64,000 nucleotides of DNA from Phycisphaeraceae bacterium (GTDB taxonomy: Bacteria; Planctomycetota; Phycisphaerae; Phycisphaerales; Phycisphaeraceae). Position 1 is the stretch's first letter, and each line of letters opens with the position of its first letter. The notes under the pieces were generated by a model. The model worked only from the letters and a program-made list of their open reading frames with translations, did not search any database and was not told the origin of the DNA. Below are positions 1 to 9,577 of this stretch, piece by piece. The stretch is from the NCBI GenBank assembly GCA_965214155.1, contig CBDCBB010000004.1, positions 84,248-148,247 on the forward strand. Direction: 5' to 3'. The translations under genes and the position numbers were made by a program.

Positions 1-1422
1 CCGCGCGTGGGGAAGCAGCCCGGTGTGCGGTCGGCCATCGACGAGGCGGCCGTCCTGGACAAACCCCTCGGGCCGGTCGCGGAGGTGGTCGATCAGGTGC
101 TCCCGCCACCGTTTGAGCGTGGCCGCATAGGCCGCGTCCCCGGCCAGGTCGTGCATCTCGTGGGGGTCGGGGGTCAGATCGAACAGCAGCTCGTCACCGT
201 TGCCGAAGCGGATGTACTTGGTGCGGCCGTCGGTGATCGTGTGGAAGCCGGTGTGGATGTGCCAGCGGGGAAACTCGCTGTGGACAAACGGCCGCCACTC
301 CGCAGGGCCGCTGGCCGCGCCCTCGCCACGGATCAACGGCAGGACGCTGCGCCCTTCGACGTGATCGGGGTATTCCACGTCGGCGGCTTCGCAGAGCGTG
401 GGGAGCACATCGATTAGAGAAACCGCCTCATCGCGGACCTGCCAAGGGTCGATCCCGGGGCCGTGCAGCAGGAACGGGATCCGCACCGCCCCCTGGTACG
501 GCTGGCATTTACGGAAGCGGTAATGATCGCCCAGCAGCTCGCCGTGGTCCGACGTGAACAGCAGGTAGGTCGGTTCCCGCTCCAGAAGCAGGCGGTTCCA
601 CACGTTGTGCAGCAGGTCGTCGACGTGATTGATCAGGCCGTAGTAGCCCGCCTGTGCCGAGCGGAGCAGCTCACCCCGCAGGTCGACCACGGCGTCATCG
701 ACCGGCACCCCCAGGACGCGTTCGGGCCGCTGCGCCCAGTCTCCGATGAACGGCGGCCGCAGGTCCATGCGGAGGTACCGCTCGAAGTAGCTTGCCGGCG
801 GGGTCAGCGGCGGGTGCGGGGCGGTGAAGCCGAGCGACAGGAAGAACGGCTGGTCCCGGTCCCGTGTGTCGAGGAACTCCACCGCCTTGCTCGCCGCCCA
901 GTTCGACTGGTGCAGCCACTCCTCGTACGGCCACGGCCGGGCGGTGTAGCCATCCACGGGCAGCCCGTGGTCCAGCCGGTGGGGCCACCCCGGCCAGCCG
1001 GGCCGGTGCGACAGCGGCCGCACCTTGTCATGGAAGACGGTGTACCGGTCGGTGTAAGGCGTATGGACCACCGTCTCGAAGCCGTACCGCGCGTGGCCCG
1101 GGTACTGGTGCATCCCCCGCCCGATCATCGCCGTCTGATACCCCGCGCCGCGGAGCAGGTTCGGCAGCGTTGATTCTGGATTGAGGATGCGGCAAGGGCT
1201 GTTATCCAGCTGCCCATTACTCGCCGGCGACCGACCGGTCATGACCGAATGCCGCGCCGCCGAGCAGATTGGGCTAGGGGTATAGGCCTGCCGAAAACGT
1301 GCCCCCCGCGCCGCGAAATGATCGAGCATCGGCGTGATGACGTCCGGATGCCCGTCGATCGACAACGCATCGCCGCGCTGCTGATCGGTCATGATCAGCA
1401 CGATGTTGGGTCGGGAAGGCAA
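1..1422 (-). CDS. Sulfatase (S1 family), 3' end runs off the window
   Basis: Not in ORF track. Manual translation from TTG 1422 gives PNIVLIMTDQQRGD...YTPSPICSAARHSVMTG (CxAxR signature), GYQTAMIGRGMH and C-terminal ELLFDLTPDPHEMHDLA, in frame at position 1. Confidence 0.88.
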   Translation of the reverse strand, partial: MPSRPNIVLIMTDQQRGDALSIDGHPDVITPMLDHFAARGARFRQAYTPSPICSAARHSVMTGRSPASNGQLDNSPCRILNPESTLPNLLRGAGYQTAMIGRGMHQYPGHARYGFETVVHTPYTDRYTVFHDKVRPLSHRPGWPGWPHRLDHGLPVDGYTARPWPYEEWLHQSNWAASKAVEFLDTRDRDQPFFLSLGFTAPHPPLTPPASYFERYLRMDLRPPFIGDWAQRPERVLGVPVDDAVVDLRGELLRSAQAGYYGLINHVDDLLHNVWNRLLLEREPTYLLFTSDHGELLGDHYRFRKCQPYQGAVRIPFLLHGPGIDPWQVRDEAVSLIDVLPTLCEAADVEYPDHVEGRSVLPLIRGEGAASGPAEWRPFVHSEFPRWHIHTGFHTITDGRTKYIRFGNGDELLFDLTPDPHEMHDLAGDAAYAATLKRWREHLIDHLRDRPEGFVQDGRLVDGRPHTGLLPHAR

Positions 1423-1470
1423 GGCGACACCCTGATCCAGGAGCGGGAAACCGATGCCGAGGTAGCCGGA

Positions 1471-2814
1471 TCAGCGGTGCCCGCGACCCGGGTTTCGGCG
1501 GAGGGCGACCAGCCCAACGAGGCTGATGACGGTCAGCGCCGTGGGCTCGGGTACCTGGACGAGGCGGTAGGTCCGGGCACCGTAGTCGCCGAGGCTGTCG
1601 GTGAAGGTGTTTCCGGTGATGGCAAAGGAGGTGCCGGTGTCGAGCGCGACGGCCTCGCCAAACCGGCCGATCAGGCTGTTGAGGGTAAACAGCGGGTCCT
1701 CGCTGCCGTCGGTGTTGTTGACCGCCAGCAGGTAGTAGACGCTGTCGTTGGGGTCCTGGAAAAGCAGACTCGTGACGTCGCCCCGGTTGTCGGTGACCCC
1801 CGCGTTGATCGCTCCCTCGCCGAACGCGGCGTCGGCCTCTCCGAGCTCCTGGAGCAGCGGCTTGAGCACGCCGCCGGCCCACCTCAGGCCGGTGTCGCCG
1901 TAGGGCTCGTCGGGGAACGCCTGGCTGGCGTAGGTGAAGTTCGAGTCCCAGAACGCCAACCCGTCGGCTCCGATGGCGACGTTGTAGTAGGACATAAACC
2001 GCAGTTCCTCCGCGGTGGGCAGACGCCACCGCTTGCCGTCGTCCCGCTGCACAGGGCCGAAGCCGCTGTGCCCGAACGCCTGGATGACCGGGACCCACGG
2101 CTCGTTACGGCTGGCTGCGCCCCGCTGCGACTGCTGCATCCAGTGCTTCCACCCGCGGTCGAGCCCGAACAACCCGCTGTTCTCCAGCCCCTCAAACTCG
2201 TCGTCGCCGACGAAGAAGGGGTAGTCGTGCGTGGTCAGCACATCGCGGGTCTTGTCGCTGGCGCTGCCGTAGTAGTTTTGCTGGGTGTTGGGTTCGTCCG
2301 CGTCGATGTCGCCGTAGATCGGCCGGCCCAGCGGATCGGCGGCTTTGATGAGGTCGTAACCCTGCTGATAGCCGGAGGCGGGAAGGGTCGGTTCGTCGTA
2401 GATGTACCAGCCACGCAGCGAGTTAAGGTTGTTGTCTACGGCAAATTTGCTCATCGACGTCACGTAGGACTGCAGCTTGTCGCCGTGGCGGACGCCGTTG
2501 CCGTCTACCGTGTCCGGCGCGCCCGCCCACACCGTATTGACCTGGACGATGACGCCCAGCCCGACGGTATTGGCCTGATTCAGATAGCTTCTCGTTGCGT
2601 TCTCGGTCAGGCCTTGCGAGTAGATGATCGCCACCTCACCGCCGAGGCCTTTGATGGTGCCCGCGGGCCCGCCGGTGGCGGGGGCGTAGCCGGCGGGGTG
2701 GGCGTAGACGATCAGGTCGAAGTTGTCCTGAGCGGCGGCCGACAGCGTCGGGGCGGCCGCCGCGAGGGCGAGCGTCAAAGCGGCAACGGCGGGTCGGCGG
2801 AAAATTGGCATCAT
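1471..2814 (-). CDS. PEP-CTERM-anchored secreted protein with glycoside-hydrolase-like TIM-barrel domain
   Basis: Signal peptide (AALTLALAAAAPTLSAAA), internal GWYIYDEP/HDYPF/AIGADGLAFW motifs, C-terminal VPEPT + TM + basic tail. Confidence 0.85.
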   Translation of the reverse strand: MMPIFRRPAVAALTLALAAAAPTLSAAAQDNFDLIVYAHPAGYAPATGGPAGTIKGLGGEVAIIYSQGLTENATRSYLNQANTVGLGVIVQVNTVWAGAPDTVDGNGVRHGDKLQSYVTSMSKFAVDNNLNSLRGWYIYDEPTLPASGYQQGYDLIKAADPLGRPIYGDIDADEPNTQQNYYGSASDKTRDVLTTHDYPFFVGDDEFEGLENSGLFGLDRGWKHWMQQSQRGAASRNEPWVPVIQAFGHSGFGPVQRDDGKRWRLPTAEELRFMSYYNVAIGADGLAFWDSNFTYASQAFPDEPYGDTGLRWAGGVLKPLLQELGEADAAFGEGAINAGVTDNRGDVTSLLFQDPNDSVYYLLAVNNTDGSEDPLFTLNSLIGRFGEAVALDTGTSFAITGNTFTDSLGDYGARTYRLVQVPEPTALTVISLVGLVALRRNPGRGHR

Positions 2815-2866
2815 GGATGTGGAGGAGCTTGGAGGGGCTATGAGTGGGGCGGCGTTGCCGCCGGGA

Positions 2867-2901
2867 CAAAACGGTGCCGCCCGCTCTCGCGGGCGGCACC
2901 G
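2867..2901 (-). terminator. Rho-independent terminator after the upstream PEP-CTERM gene
   Basis: 13-bp perfect stem CGGTGCCGCCCGC/GCGGGCGGCACCG, 4-nt loop, followed by TTTT on the minus strand. Confidence 0.75.
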
Positions 2902-2940
2902 GGTAAGAAGTCATCGGTTGACGCGGGGAGGTGGTCCCGC

Positions 2941-3783
2941 TCAGGCGCGGCGGCCGCGGCCGGCGAGGGCGAGGGCACCCAGGCCCAGCAGCGCGAGGCT
3001 GGCGGGCTCGGGAACAGCAGAGACGTCCAGCGTGGCACGGTCAAGAACCAGCGAGCGGTTGAAGACCCCGTCCCGCTGGGTGCCGGCCCCGATGAAAGCG
3101 TTATCGCCAAAATCAGAGAGCTGCGTGCCGGCCGCAAGAACGCCGACCTGAGACAAAGCTAGTTGAGCAGAAGTAACACTGTACGTGTTGTCCGAACTCA
3201 CCTGGATCGTCAAATCAAACGCCTGCGAAACGTCGGCGACGGTGACGCCGCTAAAGATCGTGGTGTTGACGTTCGCTTTGCGGAAAAGGAAGGAGACAAC
3301 GCCGCCGGTGAAGTCGCCATCGCGACCGGTGTTATCAGGATCGCCGTTCGTGATGAACAACTGGTAGCCGCCGATGGTGGGGGCGAAGAAATTGACGTTC
3401 GAGTCCTGGATCGCGAAGATGTCGCGGAACCCGGTGTTCGGCGTGGCACCGACCGCGAAGGTGGCGGTTACCACGTCGGCGGCGGGGTCGACTGTCCCTG
3501 AGTCTTGGCTGGAGATGCTGCCGCCGTTGGCACCGGGCGACGTGGGGAGGTTCGCCCCGGTGATGGTGAGAGTGGTGCCGGCCTCCACAAACGTGGGCTG
3601 GTTGCCCGAGTTGCGGTTGGTGCGGGTCAGGAAGCCGTCGCCGATGCCGGTGGTGTTGGTGGCAACATTGCCGTCGTTGAAATCGTCGTTGACCACGATT
3701 GCCGCGGACGCGGAACCGGCTAGCAAGCCGAAGCTGGCGAGACCGGCGAAGAAGATGCGGGGGGCGGGGACGATGCGAGTCAT
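2941..3783 (-). CDS. PEP-CTERM sorting-domain protein (beta-rich, function unknown)
   Basis: ATG 3783 preceded by GGAGGT Shine-Dalgarno; signal peptide ending ASA; C-terminal VPEPASLALLGLGALALAGRGRRA. Confidence 0.88.
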   Translation of the reverse strand: MTRIVPAPRIFFAGLASFGLLAGSASAAIVVNDDFNDGNVATNTTGIGDGFLTRTNRNSGNQPTFVEAGTTLTITGANLPTSPGANGGSISSQDSGTVDPAADVVTATFAVGATPNTGFRDIFAIQDSNVNFFAPTIGGYQLFITNGDPDNTGRDGDFTGGVVSFLFRKANVNTTIFSGVTVADVSQAFDLTIQVSSDNTYSVTSAQLALSQVGVLAAGTQLSDFGDNAFIGAGTQRDGVFNRSLVLDRATLDVSAVPEPASLALLGLGALALAGRGRRA

Positions 3784-3871
3784 AGATTTACCTCCAAAAC
3801 AGAAGAATACCGGATAGGCCACTCGAGATGACCCCTCTAACGAAGAGAGGTGCGGGCGGTCCGACACCGGC

Positions 3872-3899
3872 AGGATAACACATCCGGACAAGTTGTCAA
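3872..3899 (-). promoter_or_regulatory. Sigma70-type promoter for the PEP-CTERM gene, overlapped by the palindrome GACAA-G-TTGTC
   Basis: TTGACA (3899-3894), 16 nt, TG-n-TATCCT (3877-3872); 11-bp palindrome at 3887-3897. Confidence 0.65.
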
Positions 3900-4091
3900 C
3901 ACCTTTCTTCCAGTGGCTCCGTGACCGCTTCCGCCGACGCGGTACGGCAGCCGATCCCGAGCCGCATCCAGCCGGATCGCCGTAGTTGGTGGTATCGGCT
4001 GCCTCAACCATAATAAGCGTCCTGGCGGCGGGTCGGGGGCAACCACGCCGGCTGACGCTTGTTCTACGAAACCCTCGACGGCAGATTTGTA

Positions 4092-4121
4092 TTGACAACC
4101 GGGCGGTCGTTGAAGTATGAT
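4092..4121 (+). promoter_or_regulatory. Sigma70-type promoter of GntR gene (leaderless geometry)
   Basis: TTGACA 4092-4097, 18 nt, TATGAT 4116-4121, ATG 6 nt later, no SD. Confidence 0.7.
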
Positions 4122-4127
4122 AACCGC

Positions 4128-5261
4128 ATGCTCACGCTCGATGCTCCGAAGTACCAGCAGATCGCCGACGTGCTGGCGCGGCGGATTCGGGGCGGCGAGT
4201 ACGGCGTGGGGCATCAGCTTCCCTCCGAGCATGACCTGTCCCGCACGTTCAACGTCAGCCGGGTGACGACACGTCAGGCCCTATCGGTGCTTGAGTCTGC
4301 GAAGCTGGTTGATCGTCGGCGGGGTTCGGGCACCTTCGTCTCCGATCAGCAGCCGCTTGTGGACACCCCGGTTCTGACCATGGACGGCACCCGGGTGGGT
4401 AATTTGTGCCTTCTGCTCTGCGATATGGCCCGCTTCCAAGGCACCTCCCGGACCCATCGCGATGTCGGGGCGGCGACCGCAGCGGTGCACCAGCGTGGGC
4501 TTACGGTGACGGTAGGTAGTCTCGAGTCCGCCTCGTGCATGGACGGGGTCGCCGCCCGGTCCGCGTGTGCTTCAGACTGTCAGGGGGTGCTGCTCGACGG
4601 GTACGTCAGCGACATCCATCACGCGGTGTGTCGACACCATCTGGACGTGCCGAGCCTGGTGGTGGGCAATCACCACCTCGCCTCGGGCACCCCGCAGGTG
4701 CGCCTCGATGTGGCGGCCTACCTCGAGGCGGGGCTGGCGGCGTTGCGGGGGGTGGTGGACGGCCCGCTGATGCTGTTGTGCGACCCGTTCCTGCTGGCGA
4801 TGACCGACGACATCGTGGCGGGGTATGTCGAGTACACGGTGCGGGAGGGGTTGCCGCAGGGAATCTTCACCCCGCCGCGGGGCCTCGTGGACCAGGACAT
4901 CGACACGCGGCTGGAGCACTGGGACGGCGGGCTGGCCGTCGAGGGGTTCCTGCGGCAGGGCCACCGCCGCTTCGGGCTGTTCGTGCAAGGCACCAACTTC
5001 CTGCCGTCGATGCTCGAGACGCTGGACCGGCGGGGCCTGGGCCCGGCGGACGTGCCCGTGGTGGTGCTCGACACGGTGGGCAGCCTCGCGCTGCTCTCGC
5101 CCCGGCAGCGTGCGCGGGTGCACCAGTTGCCCGTGGACCTCAAGGGGCTGTACCTGCGGGCCATCGAGGTGCTCGAACGGGACGCCGGACGCGCCGCGGC
5201 TGATCCGATCGTTCAATGGTCCGACCCCCGCATCCTTCACCCCACCGAGGCGCGTCCGTGA
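4128..5261 (+). CDS. GntR-family regulator with C-terminal periplasmic-binding-protein-like sensor domain
   Basis: N-terminal wHTH KYQQIA...LPSEHDLSRTFNVSRVTTRQAL...RGSGTFV, plus about 280 aa LacI-like effector domain. Confidence 0.85.
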   Translation: MLTLDAPKYQQIADVLARRIRGGEYGVGHQLPSEHDLSRTFNVSRVTTRQALSVLESAKLVDRRRGSGTFVSDQQPLVDTPVLTMDGTRVGNLCLLLCDMARFQGTSRTHRDVGAATAAVHQRGLTVTVGSLESASCMDGVAARSACASDCQGVLLDGYVSDIHHAVCRHHLDVPSLVVGNHHLASGTPQVRLDVAAYLEAGLAALRGVVDGPLMLLCDPFLLAMTDDIVAGYVEYTVREGLPQGIFTPPRGLVDQDIDTRLEHWDGGLAVEGFLRQGHRRFGLFVQGTNFLPSMLETLDRRGLGPADVPVVVLDTVGSLALLSPRQRARVHQLPVDLKGLYLRAIEVLERDAGRAAADPIVQWSDPRILHPTEARP

Positions 5262-5386
5262 CCGGCAGCCGAACTAGCGGCATCGTCCGCCGCCGGCACC
5301 GCCCCGCACCCCGGCCCATCCCCGACTAAAAGAGCGTCTTGATGCTCACCTTCAACGCACACTCACCCCAACCTCAGGAGCCTCCC

Positions 5387-6154
5387 ATGCGACGTAAACT
5401 TACTTCATCTGATCTGTCAAGCGTTCGCGGGCATCGTCGCAGCGGCTTCACGCTGATCGAGCTCCTGGTGGTAATCTCGATTATTGCGCTGCTGATTTCG
5501 ATCCTGCTGCCCGCACTCGGCGCGGCGCGAGCCGCGGCCCGGGGGGCGCAGTGCATGAGCCAGGAGAAGCAGATGGGCATCGCGTTCGCGACGTCGCTGA
5601 ACGACTACCATTACCTCTACCCGCAGCAGCCCAATACCGCAGCCGGTGGCCTCGCGGCGAAGGACGCCACCTGGTGGGGCCGCATCGGTCCGTACATCAA
5701 CTGGGAGGAGAGCAAGTACGGGACCGCGGGCTTCTATGAGGCCGAGGGCACTATCGGCCGCTGCCCCGAGCCTACCGGGACCCCCGCCAACGTCGATGCA
5801 GGCAGCTTCTCCTATTACGGCAACTGGCAAGTAATCACCGCGCCCAACGTTGCCTCGGGCAGCCTGATCGGACCCGACGCGATCTCAGACACGGACATTG
5901 CGAAGCCGTCGGATACGGTGCTGGTGTTCGAGGTACATAGCTACATGCGGTGGCCGGTGACCGGTCACGGCCTCACTCGGGGCCAGGCGCCGTATGTCCC
6001 GGCAGGCGGCACCTTCGCCGAGCGGGACGGCCGCACCGCGGTGCACAACGGCGGTCTCGCCTTCCTGTGGGTCGACGGCCACGTGAACATGCTGCAGGAC
6101 CAGGGCTTTACCCCCATCTACCTAGGCCCGCAGTCGCAGTTCGACAGAAAGTGA
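5387..6154 (+). CDS. DUF1559-type prepilin N-terminal cleavage/methylation protein with H-X9-DG motif
   Basis: [29 protein letters not shown]...CMSQEKQ; C-terminal [13 protein letters not shown]; AGGAG RBS before ATG 5387. Confidence 0.92.
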   Translation: MRRKLTSSDLSSVRGHRRSGFTLIELLVVISIIALLISILLPALGAARAAARGAQCMSQEKQMGIAFATSLNDYHYLYPQQPNTAAGGLAAKDATWWGRIGPYINWEESKYGTAGFYEAEGTIGRCPEPTGTPANVDAGSFSYYGNWQVITAPNVASGSLIGPDAISDTDIAKPSDTVLVFEVHSYMRWPVTGHGLTRGQAPYVPAGGTFAERDGRTAVHNGGLAFLWVDGHVNMLQDQGFTPIYLGPQSQFDRK

Positions 6155-6176
6155 CCCCGTCCCTTTGACGCTGATC

Positions 6177-6209
6177 GGGCGGGGCCGTGACCACGGCCCC
6201 GTCCTTTTT
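6177..6209 (+). terminator. Rho-independent terminator
   Basis: 12-bp GC stem (GGGCGGGGCCGT/ACGGCCCCGTCC) followed by TTTTT. Confidence 0.8.
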
Positions 6210-6232
6210 CTCAACCCTGTTTGGAGCAACTC

Positions 6233-9200
6233 TTGCGATCATCCCTCTCCGTACTCGCGGCGTTGGCTGCCCTTGCTTTGTCGGGCGTTGCCCTGGCCGA
6301 AACCCACTCGGTGGTGTTGCCCGGCGACGCGGTGGTTCTGCTTGAGGGGGCCGACGGCCAGCGGCACCTAGAGGTGCTTTCGGTGCGGCTGCAGCCACGG
6401 GGCTTCCCCGACGACATCGGCCGGGGCCTGGACCTGTTCAAGGTGGCGGTCGATGGCGAGCACCAGCAGGTCTTCGCCCTCAGCGACGCCGACGGCGGCT
6501 CGCTGTACCGCTTCGACCGTTCGCTGGAGCAGACCTTCAGCTCACAGAAGAAAGGTTGGAAGCAGCAGGAATACCGCGACATCGTGGCGACGCCCCGGGC
6601 GATGGTGCTGCTCAGCGGCCGCAACGGCGGGCGGCTGGTGCGGATGGACGCGGGGCTGCGGCGGGTGAAGTGGGGGCCGACGGACCTGGGGGGCCGGACT
6701 GTCGCGGCCTCGCCGGACGGCACGTCGTATTACGTCGGTGACGAAGCGTCGGGGGGGACGCTCTACCGGTTCAACGCCGACCTGGACGAGGCATCGAAAA
6801 CGGGTGGGCCCGACGCGGGGCTGCGAAACCTGGACGTGGTGGGGCTGGCGGCGTTAGATGACGGCCGCATCGCCGTGGCGAGCAAGCGAGACGGCGGCCG
6901 CGTGATGGTGTTCGATTCGGCCCTGCAGCCGCTGCCCGGGGTGCCGGGTGGCGGCGGCGAGGGCTTGGAGCCGCTCGCGATCGCTGCCGACGGCGGCGGG
7001 GTTCTGGTGGCGAGCGGCACCGACGGCGGCCGGGTGCTGCGGCTGAACGGGGAGGGTGAACGGGTGGCGGCCTCCGTGCCGCTGCCGGGCCTCGTCTCGG
7101 TGCACGTCAACGGACTGGACGGCACGGTGGTGGCGGTGGCGGGCGGGGGGCGGCGGGTGGTGCGCCTCTCTGGGGACCTGCAGACGGTGATGAGCGAGCG
7201 GGAGTTCTCCGGGGGCAAGGTGGTGTCGCTGGCGATGGCACCGCCCCCGCCGCTGCCGCAGTTGGTGACGCCGCACGCATCGTGGACCAACACGCTGCGG
7301 CCCGGGGGCGAGCCGGCGGGTGAGCTGGCGGTGAGCGGGGACGGCGGGGCGGCGTTCGATATCCTCGTGCCCGAGGGGGCGACACCGCAGGAGGATAAGG
7401 CGGCGGTCGACCTTGCGTACTGGCTCGGGGCGGCCACGGGCACCCGGCCGGTGATTCGCGGCGACGACGGGCCGACGGCGGGCGACCGCCCGTTCATCAG
7501 TGTCGGCCGCACCCGGCAGGCCGCCGCCGCGGACGACGTCTCCGCCGATGCCGAGACGGGGGCCGAGGGCTACCGGATCGCGATGCACGGCGGCAACCTG
7601 TACCTCACCGGCGGCGACCGCCGCGGCCCGATCTACGCGGTCTATGCCCTGCTCGAGGAGGACCTGGGCTTCCGCTGGTTCGACCGCACCACGGTGATGA
7701 TGCCCGACGGCGGCGAGGGCGAGCTGGTCCTGCGGCCGGTCGCCCGCTCCGCCGAGCCACCGCTGGAGCGGCGCGACCCGCACTATACCGATGCGTTCAA
7801 CACCGACTGGTCCTTGCGCAACCGCACCAACGGGCCCCGCTCGCCGGTGCCCGCGGCCTGGGGCGGGTACGCCCGCACCGTGCCGAGCTTCGTGCACACC
7901 TACAACTACCTGTTGCCCCCCGCGGAGTATTTCAAGCCGCACCCGGAGTGGTTCGCGCTGCTCAACGGCAAGCGGCTGCCCAAGCAGCTGTGCCCGATGC
8001 ACCCCGACGGGCGGGCGACGATCATCGCCCGGGTCCGGCAGATGCTCGCCGACACGCCCGAGGCGACCTACATCGACATCTCGCCCAACGACTTCCCGGA
8101 CTTTTGCGAGTGCGAGTTGTGCACGCCGGTGATCAAGCGGGAGGGCACGGCGATGGGCCCGCTGCTCTCGCTCACCAATGCCGTGGCCGAGGCCATCGCC
8201 GACGAACACCCCGACGTGTTGGTGACGACGCTTGCGTACCTCACCACGGTGGAGCCGCCCCGGCGGATGCGGCCGCACCCGAACGTGCGGGTCGTGTACG
8301 CCACGAACAACCACTGGATGACGATCTGCCGGCCGGTGACGGACAACAAGGTGATCCTCGATCATGTGGCCGCGTGGCGGCGGATCCGCGTGCCGCTCCA
8401 CATCTGGCACTACCCCATCCAGTACGGTCAGTACGTCCGCCCGATCCCCAACATGGCGGTGATGACCGAGGACCTGCGATATTTCATCGGGCAGGGAGCG
8501 ACCGGCTTCATGTACCAGGCGAACCACAGCCACAGCCTCGGCGTGGACCGGGCGAAGCAGCGCTGCTGGGTCTGGTCGAAGCAGATGTGGGACCCGGACC
8601 GTGACACCCGTGACCTCATCCGCGACTTTACCTACGGCTATTACGGCGAGGCCGGCGATGAGATGATGGCGTACCACGAGATGCTGTGGGACATGGCGGC
8701 CCGGCTGCAGGACTCAGAGTACTTCCAGGACCCCTGGAAGAGCCAGCAGCCGATCTTTCAGCCGCAGTTCGTCGACGCGGCGATGCCGCACCTCGACGCG
8801 GCCCTCGCCGCCGCCGCGGGTAATGAGGCGCTTACCGGCCGAGTTCAGTTGGCGCGCCTGCCGGTGCTTTACGTGAAGGGCGAGCTCGGGCCGGGCGACG
8901 ACCTTAAAGGCTACCTCGACGCGGTGGATGAGGTCGAGCAGACGGCCAAAGCGAACGGGGTGCGGTTCCTGAAGAAGGGGCTTGCCGCGGCCCCGGACCG
9001 CGATGAGTTGATCCAGACGTGGCGGAACCTGGCGGTGGTGAAGCCCGAGATGCTGGACATCGAGACCGTAGGCCCGGCGTGGAAGCTCAAGGCCGACCCG
9101 GACGACGCGGGTCTGGACGCGGGATGGGCGAAGCGTGGCCTCGACGACGCCGACTGGCTGGACGTGGAAGTGAAGAACGGCAGCTTCTGGGAAAAAACGG

Positions 9201-9577
9201 GCATGCCGGACTACGACGGGCACGGCTGGTACCGCACGACGCTGAACGTCCCGGCAAAGCTGATGAAACGCAAGCACCTGTACCTGCTCTTCGGGGCGGC
9301 CGACGAGTACGCCGAGGTGTTCCTCGACGGCGAGCGGGTGATCGACCACTCCTACGCGGCGACGCTGCTGCCGCCCGACGCTTCGTGGAACATGCCCTTC
9401 GCCGCGGACCTGCACGAGAAGGTGCGGGCGGGTCGGCCGTACCAACTGGCCGTACGGGTGCACGACAGCCAGGCGGCGGGCGGGCTGTGGAAGCCGGTGT
9501 GCCTTGTTGGCAGCGACCAGGCACTGCCCGCCGAGACGTTGCAGGCGTTCGTCGAGAAGGCCGGCAAGGGTGAATAG
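6233..9577 (+). CDS. Secreted multidomain protein: beta-propeller + DUF4838 + C-terminal galactose-binding-like (GH2 sugar-binding-type) domain
   Basis: TTG 6233 with GGAG; signal peptide; propeller-like repeats; EGYRI...TGGDRRGPIYAVYALLEEDLGFRWF typical of DUF4838 proteins; C-terminal WKLKADP...YDGHGWYR...LLFGAADE. Confidence 0.75.
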   Translation: MRSSLSVLAALAALALSGVALAETHSVVLPGDAVVLLEGADGQRHLEVLSVRLQPRGFPDDIGRGLDLFKVAVDGEHQQVFALSDADGGSLYRFDRSLEQTFSSQKKGWKQQEYRDIVATPRAMVLLSGRNGGRLVRMDAGLRRVKWGPTDLGGRTVAASPDGTSYYVGDEASGGTLYRFNADLDEASKTGGPDAGLRNLDVVGLAALDDGRIAVASKRDGGRVMVFDSALQPLPGVPGGGGEGLEPLAIAADGGGVLVASGTDGGRVLRLNGEGERVAASVPLPGLVSVHVNGLDGTVVAVAGGGRRVVRLSGDLQTVMSEREFSGGKVVSLAMAPPPPLPQLVTPHASWTNTLRPGGEPAGELAVSGDGGAAFDILVPEGATPQEDKAAVDLAYWLGAATGTRPVIRGDDGPTAGDRPFISVGRTRQAAAADDVSADAETGAEGYRIAMHGGNLYLTGGDRRGPIYAVYALLEEDLGFRWFDRTTVMMPDGGEGELVLRPVARSAEPPLERRDPHYTDAFNTDWSLRNRTNGPRSPVPAAWGGYARTVPSFVHTYNYLLPPAEYFKPHPEWFALLNGKRLPKQLCPMHPDGRATIIARVRQMLADTPEATYIDISPNDFPDFCECELCTPVIKREGTAMGPLLSLTNAVAEAIADEHPDVLVTTLAYLTTVEPPRRMRPHPNVRVVYATNNHWMTICRPVTDNKVILDHVAAWRRIRVPLHIWHYPIQYGQYVRPIPNMAVMTEDLRYFIGQGATGFMYQANHSHSLGVDRAKQRCWVWSKQMWDPDRDTRDLIRDFTYGYYGEAGDEMMAYHEMLWDMAARLQDSEYFQDPWKSQQPIFQPQFVDAAMPHLDAALAAAAGNEALTGRVQLARLPVLYVKGELGPGDDLKGYLDAVDEVEQTAKANGVRFLKKGLAAAPDRDELIQTWRNLAVVKPEMLDIETVGPAWKLKADPDDAGLDAGWAKRGLDDADWLDVEVKNGSFWEKTGMPDYDGHGWYRTTLNVPAKLMKRKHLYLLFGAADEYAEVFLDGERVIDHSYAATLLPPDASWNMPFAADLHEKVRAGRPYQLAVRVHDSQAAGGLWKPVCLVGSDQALPAETLQAFVEKAGKGE

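Noticed and set aside
7-1173. Plus-strand ORFs 7-417 and 463-1173
   Set aside because: Shadows of the minus-strand sulfatase
1249-3162. 637-aa plus-strand ORF
   Set aside because: Antisense shadow of the PEP-CTERM genes; no motifs, while the minus strand has a signal peptide and VPEP
3946-4003. 10-bp inverted repeat GGCAGCCGAT/ATCGGCTGCC
   Set aside because: Long loop, single occurrence, no supportable function
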